Assembly (NCBI RefSeq): GCF_021028975.2
Contig: NC_059429.1
Location: 81,096,001 to 81,160,000, forward strand
Direction: 5' to 3'
DNA: 64,000 nucleotides
DNA from: Sphaerodactylus townsendi
Lineage: Eukaryota
Both the position numbers and the translations under genes were made by a program. The notes under the pieces are model-generated. The model was not told where the DNA came from. It ran no database searches and worked only from the letters and a program-made list of their open reading frames with translations. Shown here in pieces: positions 47,940 through 60,859 of the stretch (position 1 is the stretch's first letter; each line of letters opens with the position of its first letter).

Positions 47940-48830
47940 CCTTGGTTACCCATTGCCAAACTCTGGACCCAGATCAAACTCTGGACCCAGATGCACCCAA
48001 CTGCTAAATGACTCATTTGACTCAGACCTAAGGTCGAATCCCCACTACTGTCTTAGCCAGGTTTCAGAACACAAATTAACCAGGTTTGAGGGATGACCTC
48101 CCCATTGCTTGCTTGGCAGATTCCGCTCCTGGTGCTCGTTCTCCCCGTTAATCCGCGTTCTGGCAAGACCTGGTTGCAAGTGGCATAGACCCCATTAACA
48201 CGGCTCAGAGCTGATCCGAGGGGAGGGATGAGGGTTGAAACCCTGACTCATTTCCCGCCCTGGAGTGTGAAGCAGAATTCGGGCGACCAATCAGCGCTGC
48301 GATGCGTGCGCAGCCTTTCCTTGGTTTCATTTCCGCTTTTGCAATCGGCCAGCAGAAGGGGATGCAAATGTTAAACAGTCAAATGTGTAACTTTGAATCG
48401 TTAATAGTTTACACAGGTAACAATTAACTGTTTGCACAGTTAAACAGTTAAACGTTAAACGTTTACACACTGTTTTTTTTAATCACACCCCTACAATGTA
48501 CATTTCTGCAGTGAGAAAAGGTCCTGCCCCATCAAGGCATGCCAGTCAATCAGGGGAGACTGGCAAAGCGAGCTCGCCTGGTAGTGGGGATTGCTAAGAG
48601 TTCTGCAACCGGGTGTGTCTGCTGTGTGCTCGCTGCAATGGGGAGGGAGAAACTCCGATGAAGAGGACATGGTTTCACAACGAACAGGTTTGGATCTGCG
48701 TGCAAATTTCAAGTGGGGATTCGACCTTGGATGGCTTTGTAGATTTAAAGTGGGACAGGCTCAAAAAGGCATATTAAACAATCTTAACACTGGATCAGTG
48801 AGTTTAGGCTAGCAGGGTGGGAAAGTAGGT
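47940..48830. mobile_element. Foldback non-autonomous DNA element, family unassigned
   Basis: Inverted match aaggtcgaatccccact (48030) / agtggggattcgacctt (48712); CpG-rich core and gttaaac/gtttac repeats. Confidence 0.5.
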
Positions 48831-51074
48831 TACCTAATTAGGGTAGCATATGGACCTAAGAAGATGCAGCTCAGGAGAATACTACTATGAATGTTTTACG
48901 TATGTGCAGAGAAAGGTTAAAACTTTGGTTGCCTAAAAGATACCTCTTGGGTGTTTCTAAGAGTTATAGAACAATATACTCCAGGGACTTAAAAGAGGTC
49001 TGGGGGATCCAGGCATGGAAAGCATAGTTCCAACTTTCCCCAATTGTGCTTAATCTAAGGATAATTTTTAAGCAGTTTAAAAAGAAGCTGTAACTTTCCA
49101 CCAAAAGGAGAAAATCTTATCCCTTCACCTACCTCCTATCTTTTTGCTTCAATTAGGAGCCCTTTTCCCAGCAGTCCAATTTAATACTTTTGCCATACTA
49201 GGCAACCCACTGCATGTCTCTGGACCACTCCTTCCATACCTCATTGTTTATGAAACCCTATAGACATTGAACTCTCTCTTATTCTGACATGCATCCCGTA
49301 TTCTGTGGAGAATGTGACTAATGAGAAAATAAAATAATACATAAAATGGACTTTTAGCTAGAAAGTTTTAACTATGAATCAACCCCAAACTTTCTGCTTC
49401 TCAGCAAAAACAACACCCCCCCAAAAAAACCCTATCATGTGTGAGACTCATATCTTCTGAGAGACTGCATTTAAGTTAATAATGGAGGCATGCCTGGTTC
49501 TTACCACTCTAGGCTATTGTTCAGACAATCATGAATAGCTCTATCCCCCCCCCCCCACAGCTGCATAACACTATATTTATGACCTTACTTGGTGTCATTT
49601 CCAAGTATTAGCCCAAGTAGAGGTCACATCTGGCAATGACAAAGTGTCCCCAGCATGTGGGGAGTAATGGGAGGACTGTGCCCAGCCTGCGGGAGAAAAT
49701 CCTGCAACCATTTTTATTACTGATGCCCTTGATGAATGAATAATGAATAATTTTACTGTTGGCTTTTGCATTATGAAGTATTCATTGAGTTCAAGCTTCC
49801 TGGGGTAATTAACTACAGCATCAACCGCCAGTAATCTGGCCCAGAGGCAATTCATCTTCTGCACTTCATTAGCAGGACCTGTGTTGCTTTGATAAATTAA
49901 TGACAAACATACCAACGCAAACACAAGCCTCTGTCATGCTGTTCTGACCTCAGCAACTCAACCCTAGAGAAGATAGCAGAGCAATCTAGTAAGGAATGCA
50001 ATGTGCATGAACCTGATCTTTCCAATTAGGAGCTGAGAAAATCTTTACCGGTGCAGGCATTATGAAGGATGAGGGAAAGAATTTCAGAGAGGAAGAGAGT
50101 TTAGCCTGGGCGTTGTAGCTTTCTTAAAAATTCGACTTCCTGCTATTTGAAACCATTGTTAGTCAACATGACCATGAATGCAGGCTAAAGACCCACAATG
50201 ACAATGTAGTACGTGTGTGTATGCATATAAGTAGGTTGTTTTACCCATTATAGAGGTTTTGCAATTGGCATGGCTGAAAATTATCCAAATAGCTCTGGGA
50301 ACCATTCATATCAATGGTCATCTCCACATTTTGTTTATTTGTGTGTATGCTTTCTAGTTAGAAATTTGTGCTCTGCCTTTTATTTATTTAGTGTCCACTT
50401 TTCAGGAGTCACTTTGCCACTGAAAGGCCCCCAAATAACATAACACAAATAACAATTAAAAATGTAAACACTGCAATAAAAGCAACCAATTCAATAAAAT
50501 CCCCATGAAAGCACAATAAAAAACTGTCTTGCTGAAAGCAGAACTTCAAATTTAAATCATCTCAGCATTCTTCTTGTATCAACATGCAGGAGAAGCAAAT
50601 TTTTGCTCACTTGCAAATGTATGTGCTCTTTCTTTGCAACTAGGCTGTTTAAACATTGAACATACCTTGCTTGAAATGCCTGTTTTCTCTCATGTTGCAC
50701 ACCCTGCAATACTGAGATGTAGTTTGTGCTATAAGACAATTTTTGAATGGGTTTGCATGTACACATTTGGTGGTATTCAGTATGACTTTGTTGTTTGCGA
50801 CAACAAAGGACAAATATAACAGATGCCAAACATATCCAAGAGAGCAATGTGGTCTCCTTCCTGAGTTAATTACGATATAAGGGCAAAAACTCATCTCCTG
50901 AATCCTAACACATCATCATCATCATCAAATCCATCATGCTAAGTAGTATATCAGGCAACAAATGCTCTCCAGCATTTCTAGTCTTGGGAGAGTGTTTCAG
51001 CCTTTTTCTGTGCAAATCCTAACACATCTGTAAGCAAATATCCAATCATTGTTTTTGAGTTAAACAGGACATCA

Positions 51075-51238
51075 GAAGAAGAAGAGTTTGGATTTATACC
51101 CCACCTTTCTCTCTTTTAAGGAGACTCAGGGTGGTTTACAAGCTCCTTTCCCTTTCTCTTCCCACAACAGACACCTTGTGGGGTAGGTGAGGTTGAGAGA
51201 GTTCTGAAGAACTGTGACTAGCCAAAGGTCACCCAGCA
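51075..51238 (-). mobile_element. Squam3-like SINE 3' part
   Basis: Reverse complement of ~45750-45905. Confidence 0.8.
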
Positions 51239-51602
51239 CAAATATCAGCACAAATATTATATCTTTCATAGACTGTACATCTAAATATGGGATAATTACA
51301 CACAAACTGTATAACATGTGTATACAATGAGCTACAAAACCAACAATGAGAAGTGGAAAAGCTAAACTGCTGAAAAATATAGATACTGCAATAACTACAA
51401 CAGCAGCAGCAGCGAACTGTCTTACTTTTAGAGGCTGGGACAGCTAAACTCGGGTTCAAAGAGGGTTTCCATGTAGAGACAAATTGTGTGTTCTGAAGAT
51501 TCTGTTTATTAAAGGGCTGGATTTTATATACGCTAATAGTAATGCTCTGAGTACAAAATGAACAAAAAGCCATGCATCTGTCTGAAGCAGCTATCTGACC
51601 AA

Positions 51603-51743
51603 GGCCCCTTCCGCACACGCAAAATAATGCGTTTTCAAACCACTTTCACAACTGTTTGCAAGTGGATTTTGCTATTCCGCACAGCTTCAAAGAGCACTGA
51701 AAGCAGTTTAAAAGTGCATTATTCTGCATGTGCGGAATGAGCC
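51603..51743. mobile_element. ~140 bp palindromic Harbinger-like MITE
   Basis: TIR ggccccttccgcaca / tgtgcggaatgagcc, TSD caa. Confidence 0.85.
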
Positions 51744-52262
51744 CAAGATGGCCTGCTTGTTTACGCTGCTCCTTATCTGAGCTCAGCTATGCACTACAAT
51801 TCTAGGCACAGCTGACTAGGAATTGGCCTGTCACAGAATGAAAGAGGGCAAATAATGGGCTAACATGGCATGCAGTGAAGATTCACTATTGCTTCCTCCT
51901 TGCCATACAAAGGTCTTCCATGTGTACATCCACTGCGTTAATATTTGCTCGTTTGGAACCTGAATTATTGCCTGCAGTATAGAAATCATTCGCAAAAGAC
52001 CAGCCCCCATTATCCCAAGGAAGATGTAATTGCTTGCATATGTATGCCATCCAACATCTTGTCCTGTATGTAAACATTCCTGATGCTTCCCCATCTCCAA
52101 ATGGATCATAACCCATTCCTGACCCCAAAGGCACTCAACAAGGACACCAAGATAGAGTTAACACTATACTCACCTCATGTTGTATGCAAGGTAATCAAGT
52201 CACATCTGACTTATGACAACCCCATAGGGTTTTCATGGCAAGAGACTAACAGAGGTGTGGGG

Positions 52263-52430
52263 CAGTGGCATAGCGCCAAGGGGACAGGGTGGGGCGCGAT
52301 GCACTGGGCGCGCACTGGTGCAGAGGCATTTCCAGGGCATTCTGGGGGTATTCCGGGGCAGGGTGTGGGCGTGGCAGGGGTGCAGGACGCAGGCATGCCC
52401 CGGGCACAGTTCCCCCTCGTTCTGCCCCTG
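52263..52430. mobile_element. GC-rich hAT-like MITE
   Basis: cagtggcatag / ttctgcccctg termini and an abrupt GC-rich insertion; TSD imperfect. Confidence 0.6.
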
Positions 52431-53797
52431 GTAAAGGGTTCCAAGTCAAGAGACATTTGGAGGTTGTTTGCTATTGCCTGCCTTTGTGTAATAACCCTGG
52501 TATTCTTCAGAGGTCTCCCACCCAAATACAAGCCAGGGTCAGGGTTGAGAGTGTGTCACTGGCCAGCAAACCTCCATGGTGTGAATGGGGATTTGAACCT
52601 GGGTTTTCCAGGTCCTAGTGACCTAGTCTAACACTTTAACCACTGTGCCACATTGGCTGTCCCCATCAGCCTGCTATTAAAAAGATAGGATTTTTTTCCC
52701 TCTTCAAGGGAGTTGGCAACCCTGCTCTGGTCTTCCCTTAAATCTTTAGGCTAAAATTTATGCTGCTACAAGGCAGTTCCATGTAGGAAAATGAGCAAAA
52801 TATCACATGTGGTTGGAACTGTATATACTGTTTTTCTTTTTACTCTTCAAATACACAAGATCATATTTAATGTCTATGTGATGAAGGAAGTCTTGAATGA
52901 CACTCAAGGGTCCACAGGAGAGGTTCCAGTTTTCCCTACCTGAAATAATCCCAAAAGCCATTATTTGCCCTGCTGGGAAAAACTTATTAGATACAGACCC
53001 TCCACGCAGGCATGCACAGCAGAACACAGCACTGGCAAAGTAGGTCAGTGCTTCCAAAAGGCTGCACTAGTGATCTGAGACTCTATCTACATGGCTACCT
53101 CAGCAGAGCACTTAGCAGCATTCACTTATTTATTTATATACCACCCTTCTCTCTCCTATGGAGACCAAAGGCAGCTTACATCATTTTCCTGACCTCTATA
53201 TTATGATCAGAACAATCTTCTGATGTAGGTTAGGCTGACAGTGTGTGACTTGCCCAAGGGCACCCAGTAAACTTCTGTGGCAGACTGGACATTTGAATCT
53301 GTCTCTCTCAGATCCTAGTTTAACCATTATACCATGCTGGATCTCTCCATGAGTCCCCACTGACTGGACAGGGCCTCATGCCTGCTGTTATTGAAGTTCT
53401 TTCCATCCTTTAATTCATAAAGGGTAGAAATTTGATCTTTAGGCTCTGAACCTTCTCCTCTGTGAGCCCTATCAGCTTGTCAAAAGTGTAATTATTCATA
53501 GAAAATGGATGGATAAGCTACTATAAAACTGTAGTTATTCATTAACAGTTCATGGAGGTTGACATAATTCTATTATCAAAGAGCTTTGGAATATATAATA
53601 TGTATAGTTAAAGAAAAAGTATGTAAATAACATATTGGGGTGTCATTTTGAACTTTTGACCCCCTACAAAAATGTAGATCTGGCCCTAAGACTTGGATTG
53701 GGAAGACTGGGTTTCAGATCTCCACTGAGCTATACAAAGTCATTTGGGTCTTTTACACTCTCAGCTAAACTTATGTGCTAAGCTGTTGTGAGATGAA

Positions 53798-55767
53798 GGC
53801 CGTTTCTGCACGGCACAATTATACCAGGTTACAATCGGTATCTTACAATCTGGGTCTATTTTATCCCGGTTTCACCTTTCACATGGGCCGAATTCCCACC
53901 GGGAAATTCAATCTAGATCATGGGTAGGGAACCTGCGGCTCTCCAGATGTTCAGGAACTACAATTCCCATCAGCCTCTGTCAGCATGGCCAATTGGCCAT
54001 GCTGGTAGGGGCTGATGGGAATTGTAGTTCCTGAACATCTGGAGAGCCGCAGGTTCCCTACCCCTGATCTAGATCAAACCAAGTTTGAAAATGAATGGCA
54101 CCTTTTCATCAAGGTTTCAACCTCCCCACTGCAGCATGTTTCTAATGAAGACATTCTAGGCCTATCTCGGATTCAAGAAATGTGATAATCCCCACTACCA
54201 CGCTTGGTTGTTGTGCCATGTTTTGGAGCGGGACCTTTTTTTTTCTCCTGCAAAAACATGCTCACGTTATGACATCATCACATCTCCCCCTGCCCAAGTT
54301 TCTGGTTGGTTATCATTCTCTCTTGCTCTCGAGAGAACAGCACCATGCACACTGATTGGTTGTAAGACATTTGCATCATGCTCCACAGCAGGACATTTGA
54401 ACCAGGATTAGACCCCCAGTCCTCCCTTCCAAACTGGATTAAAGACATGTTTTTTGAAAAAGTAGTACTTTCAAGCAGGTTCGGCAAAGACACGGGATAA
54501 AGGGGAGAATGAGCGCTAGAACTGGTATGAATCTTTGGCCCTTTCCCCACTTACCCTTTTCCGAGGGTTGCTGCACGCAATTCCCAGCGCTAGCAGCACT
54601 CCTGGCTGGCGCAAGCCCTGGAACGTCCCCACGACCCTTCACGCTTCTGTGCTTGGGGCCATCAAAAGGGCCATCGTGGCTTCCTTTGAAAGAGAGAGCC
54701 GCCAGGAATGCCTTATGCGCTGAGGGAGTGCGACTGAGAAGCAGCGTCGGCCGGGTGGGCTGTGCTGCTGCCGCCCTCTCTGTGTAAAGGAGTGCTTGAG
54801 GGACCTCGCCAGCTTACTCTCCCTCGGTGTAGCACGGGGCTTAAGGTAAGTGGGGAAAGGGCCTTTGTTCATCGATGAGGCAGTGGGGAGTTCTTCCTGA
54901 ATCCTTAATATTTCGCGTGAGTATCATGCGATTAATTGACTGTGGGGAATTGGCCATGGCTGCCCATTTCTGTGAAGGAATCGAGGGATGACCAGGAAAC
55001 ACTCCAGTTTGTTTTGCACAAACCAGGGTCTTTTGTATTTACACCACAAGCATATCTGTGCATATGCAAACATCCCTGGCATCCTGCATTCTGATTGGCT
55101 GTTGTTTGGGGCAGCAGCAGGGGAAAATGAAGCCCCCCCTTTTCCAGTTCTGGATAGTGCCGGCCTCAACAAAAAAACAATAGGGCACAGCATCACATCA
55201 TATTCCCACTCATATTCTCATATTTTTTGTGGAAAAAATAAGAGACTCCTCCCTGCCCCAGTGATATGCCCACTAACATTCAGCCCAAAGTGCACATCTC
55301 CCTAGCTATGCGTTCTGAGCAACCAGTACATGTACAGAAAAGAAAACGGGAACATTTTGGCACTCTACTCCTGATTAATCCAGGAGTGGCACTTGGTTGA
55401 TACCATGAGCAGAAAACGTGCTTGGGGGAACATTTCAGGAAGGGCGGGCTGCAACAGTTCAGCAGAGTTGAAAACTGACATGACGTCAGGTGTGGAGATT
55501 GGGAGTGGGGGTGGGGGGTGGATTGGGAAGATCAGGCAGCTGGGCAGGAAAAATAAACCAGTTCTGCTCCCATGGTGTTTGCACAATAGCGGGTTCACCA
55601 TGGGATTTTTGATAAGAATTGTCAAGCTGGTGATTTTTGAAAATCCTGGGATGAGGGAAATATAGTAGGACAAACCTGCTTTACGACCGAGAACCATGCA
55701 AACCTCTTTGCAAACAGGGATATTTCCCTTGCTCAACCTGAGATATTTGGACCGTGCAGAAATGACT
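53798..55767. mobile_element. Harbinger-like non-autonomous element (~2 kb)
   Basis: TIR ggccgtttctgcacgg / ccgtgcagaaatgact, TSD gaa. Confidence 0.8.
53919..54066. mobile_element. 148 bp hAT (Charlie/URR1-like) palindromic MITE nested in the Harbinger-like element
   Basis: Almost perfect palindrome ca(t/g)gggtagggaacctgcggctctccagatgttcaggaactacaattcccatcagcc; 8-bp TSD atctagat. Confidence 0.92.
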
Positions 55768-56853
55768 GAAACAGAGAAGATGAGAGCCAAGTATGGCACC
55801 CTGAGCATTTTAGAGGGAGGACAGGATAAGCGTCTAGAGAGGTAATAATTAAACATGTATTCTAATTTGTAGCCATTGATGCTTGTAGGCACAGTTCTAT
55901 TACTTTTTCTCATCTATATAAGGTGTTTAAAATTTACTGTGTGTTCTGTGATCATTGTGTTTGCTTCAACAGTTGTTCTGCAAACTGGATTACTATTCTT
56001 TCTGTTTTGCAGAGGGCAGGTTGATAAGAATGACTGAAGAAATACAGAAGGATCGAGAAGGAAAAATATAAGTGCTGCACATGGAGAACAGGGTTATCCT
56101 CCTTATTAAGCATTTGCTGTATGTGCTGAGAATAACTTGGCCAGATCCCGCTGTGCTGCTATCTTTCCCCCTCAAGTTTACAGGGGGAGCATCAAAGGTT
56201 GTCTCTTGATTTATTTATATATCAGCAAAGCTTTACCTTTACCTTACAACCTCTCTCTCTCCTTACAATTCAGATCGTTTATCTGTCCACTCTATCAAGG
56301 GGATTGTGTTGAAGGATCCTTTCACAGAGGCATGGGACTAGAAGGGCAGCTTTTATTCCTCTGCTGTTATCTTGAAACACGAACCATGGAATCCTAAGTC
56401 CCTCTAATACTGAACACCATTTGACTGATATGCAACCTGGAAACTAGTGGAATGGGATTGTATACCCACAGCCTACCAGGTGTTTAAAAGAGATTAGTTG
56501 GCCTGGGTTGCTTTGATGTTTCTGTTACTTGAACCAGAATAATGAGGCTGGTGTAGAGGAGGTACCCAGGGCCATAATAGCAAGGGTACCTATTTGGAGT
56601 CTGGATATTCCAGGCTCCTTCCCTGAATTTTCAACTATAAAATAATCTCTAGCCTTTTTGAATGGTGGATGCAGTAAGGAAAACAACTATAATAGTATTC
56701 TACTCAACCATATAGTAGGAATTAAGCCTTCTCTGACTTCCCAGTGTTCTTGTGCCTGGTAAATACATTGGAATAACTAAGATGCACCAGGACTTTGTAG
56801 TGATGTTTGCTTGTTCATGTGTAATACAATAGAAATATCTTTTAAAGCACATT

Positions 56854-58476
56854 GGTCCGTTCCACACAGCCTAAATAAGATGTCCTGTGGATGCTAAGGT
56901 GTCCTGGGAAAACACTCTGCACAGCTTTCTTCCCAAACCATTTTCAAAATCCTTATTTTAGCTCAAGGCATCTTTTTTGGAAAATGCTTCAAAGTGCACC
57001 TTTCCCTCCTAAGCCACTTGCAAGATGTCTCCTGCCTGGCTGTGTGGAATGCAGAGTTCAGGAGGCGTCTTATTTTCCCCACCCAATTGTTTTGCCCTCT
57101 GGTCAGTTTCACCCTCAGCTTGCGCCCAACATTTTGTGTGCCACTGAAGGGATTCTACCTGCTTCCATTTGCTGAATGTTGCTCCCGGATGTTTGTTCTG
57201 CAGGCTCTGATCCTGGAAATCTTTTCAGCCTGAAAAGTACATAGTTGTACTCAGCTGGTCCTGCCAATTCTGGCAATATATAGTTTTTCTATTTTAAAAA
57301 AAATTTCCGATGAGCTATTTCCGTAGCCACGCAAACACAAATATGAGAAACTTAGCTGCTTGAAAGACCCATCTACCTCCCATTGAGAAGAACTAGGGCA
57401 TTTTCCCCAAGGACAAAATATCCTGGGATAAGGGGGTGAAACATTTCGGTTTGGGCATGGCTTCCGCATGGCTTCTGGGCCTAACTTGGGGCCGCCCTGT
57501 GAGATTTCCCTTATTCAGCAGCTTTAAAAAAATGATGAAATTGGTGGTTCTTTTGAAAAAGCCTGCGCCACTCCTGCTTCTCTGCAAACACCACAGGAGA
57601 CCGGCAGGTTTGTTTTTCCAGCTTCGCCGCCTGCTCTACCTGCCCCTTAGCTGCAGCCAATCACAACATCAGAAAATTGGAATCTACATAAACTACGTAA
57701 ATGACGTAAACGTAAATGTTCTTGTGGAAAATGAAAATAAACTGGGGGCTTGTGCATAATTCACTGAAGTTCTTCCTCCTGGCCTGTACACACTGACAGG
57801 CAGCCGTGCAAAGGGAGAAACCGGGATAAAAACACCCTGGAATATATGATCTTGGGTCTATCCCAGGATATTTTGTCCGTGGGGAAAATGCATAGGTTGA
57901 CCTGCCCTCTACAGACCAGTTGGATTTTTTTTCTTACTGCACAGAAAAAAAGTTGTTCCGTGGAGGGCAGGTCAATCCAATACTTCTCAGTGGGAGACAG
58001 ATGGGTCTTCCAAGCAGATAAGATTCTCATTTTTGTGTCTGCATAGCTACGGAGATAGCTCATTGAAACATTTTTTAAAAAAGGAAAACTATACATTGCC
58101 TGAATCAACAGGACCAGCTGAATACAACTATGTACTTTGGGGGCTGAGAAGACACCCAGGACTGGAATCTGCAGAGCAAACGTCATTGGGCTACCTTCAG
58201 CAAATGGTGTCAGGCAGAATCCCTTCAGAATCCCTTCATGCACACTACATATTGGGTGGAAACTGAGGTTGAAATTGACCAGAGAACAAAATAATCAGGT
58301 GGAGGCTGTTCAGAAAGCATACCAGAAAGCATACTCAGAAATCAGAAAGCATACCAGAAATCACCTCTTATTAAGACGTCCTCTGGATAACGTCTTATTT
58401 TGGGTGTGTAGACGTCCCACAGAGGTCTTTTTAAGACGTCCCACAGAGGTCTTTTTTGTACTGTGCAGAACAGGCC
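56854..58476. mobile_element. Harbinger-like foldback element (1.6 kb)
   Basis: TIR ggtccgttccacacag / ctgtgcagaacaggcc, TSD att, long inverted arms ~57080-57430 / 57855-58300. Confidence 0.82.
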
Positions 58477-59299
58477 ATTGTGTGTGTAAATTACCATTGA
58501 GTGGCAGCTCACTTATGGTGACTCCTTATGGGGTTTTCAAGGCAAGAGACCAACAGAGGTGGTTTGCCATTGCCTTCCTCCACATAGCAACCCAGGCATT
58601 CTTTGTGCTCTCCCATCCAAATACTGATCAGGGCTGAATCCACTTAGCTGCCAAGATATGGTGATAGCCTGGGCCATCCAGGTCAGGGTTAAAACACATT
58701 GGACTACCTGCATTTAGACTCTATTTTCCACTGACTTTCCCTATCTATAATTTCCCCTTAGGCCCTCTCACTGAGACATTTCTGGACGCAGTCATTGAAG
58801 AAGGATTCCTCAAAATAAGTGGGACCTGGGATTTGCTATTCATGGGCATCTATGGCAGAGGCCAAAAATAGATGAGTAGTTCTGAAGAGATAAACCTGCA
58901 TCTGAAGTATACCATTTTAGACTGGTGGCAGGGGTTCACATGACAAGGCTCCCTCTTACAAGAAAATTTCCCTCCCCATGGAAAATTAAATGAAAGGGAA
59001 AATCAATGTATGAAAGTGTGAATGCCCGATTATTTATCTCTTGCTATAAATCTGACAGTGTGCATATTCTCAGCCAAGACTGCAGGAATGTACCGTGCCC
59101 TCTCAGCCCTGCCCCACCTAAATCACCTTCTCCTGGCCCAAATGTACATTTAATATCTATTATAGTCAGCATTCATCAAGCATAATGCATTGAAGCCTCA
59201 ATAATGCATGAAACGTAACCCACAAAACCAAGGCGTGGGAGAATGTGTGATAAAGATTTCTATTTAATCTGACTCTATATATGCACACATACCAGTGAC

Positions 59300-60355
59300 A
59301 GATGGTTTATGTATTCATTTTATTTATGTAATTTATAGTCTGCCTTTCTCATAAAGACCCAAGTAGGATTACTCAATGTAAATCAATGCATTCAACAGAA
59401 TAAGCCATCTGATAAACTGAGTAATAAGACTAGGATTACAAAAATCTGAAAACAAACCAGAAGTATCAGACATATGTTGGCAATGCCAAAAGGTAGAATT
59501 ACATATGTGGGTAACAATGTACTGAGAACAAAATAATACCTGCACATAACTTTATGCTGTACATAGTAGTGTAGCACTCAGACCGGTTCCATTTATTAAA
59601 TCACCTTCTGGAATCATTGCATCTTAACATAGTTCTATTGCCTTTATAAAAATGCTTTCCTGAACAATTCTGTTTTATATAGTTTGAGAATGTCAGTACT
59701 GTGGAGCCTTCCTCACCTAATCAGGCAGACCATTCCATAAGGTGGGAGCCACAGCAGACAATTAAACTGTATGAGTTTAATCTCACCTATTTGCAGGGCG
59801 GGACCTGCAGAAGGCCCTTCTCGGATAAGCAAAGTTGTCATGGTGAGGAATAATGGGGGAAGTGGTTCTGCATTTCAGTTTGTTTCTTGGCACAATTCAA
59901 GGTCTTGGTCTTGAACTTCAAAGTCCTCTTTGGTTTGAGACCAACATACTCGAAGGACTGCCTAATCCCTTATGAATTCACCTGAACATTATGGTAATCT
60001 TTGGAGGTCCTGCTTCAGGTACACCCAAAATCTGAAATCAGGTGAGTGGCAAACCAGGAAAGGGACTTCCCAGTGATGGCATCAAAATCATATCTCCTCA
60101 GGGAGATTTGTCTGTCCTCTTCTGGTGCTGTCTTTCTACAGCAGATGGAGGCTTTTTTGTTTCTTTTGGTATTCCCTTCATGATTCCTCCTTCCTAATCA
60201 ATGTTTTGTATATTTTAACTATTTTGTATGTATTTCAACTCTTTTAAAATTATTTTAACAATATATGTTTGGGAGGGGGGGTTGATTTTAATGGTTTTAC
60301 CTTGTATGTTTTAAATTGTTAGCTGCCTTGGTGGTTCTTGTGAAAGCAGAAAAGG
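59300..60355. mobile_element. Two degraded L2-type LINE 3' fragments, head-to-head (59300-59870 minus, 59890-60355 plus)
   Basis: QFKVLVLNFKVLFGLRP.Y-like remnant and typical tails. A related tail lies at ~700-980. Confidence 0.65.
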
Positions 60356-60859
60356 CAGAGGTGGGATGCAGCCGGTTCGCACCGGTTCGATAGAACCGGT
60401 TGTTGGCGATTGTCTTCATAGTTCAGGAACCGGTTGTTGGGCCGATTAACTTCAACCTCCTTTGATCAATCTTCCTCAGATTCCGCAACCTGCCTGCTTA
60501 ACGATTAATCCCCAACTTCAACCGGACCCTACAGCAAGTCTGGTGCCGAATGATTAATCCCTCCACTCCATTACAGATTCCACCCCGCTTTGTTAAAGGT
60601 CTCTAACCCTTTGTGGCATGGGGATGGGGAGTGCAGACCTTGGCCAGCGTTTGGTTCTGTATGGGGACCCGCTTCCGCAGGGCATTAAGATAATATCCGG
60701 CGTCACCGGTCTGGTCGGTCATTGATCAACGCCAGCTGGCAGGCAGGAGGTAAAGACAAACGGCCCAGCCCAGGGAAATCGGGAACCCGCCGTTCATGAG
60801 CCCAGTTTGCCCGCTCTGTGAGGTCTGCACGTCCCTTCCCGAAACCAGCGAAACGAGGT

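Noticed and set aside
54440-55200. Myb/SANT or transposase remnant within the Harbinger-like element
   Set aside because: No convincing motifs could be read in any frame.
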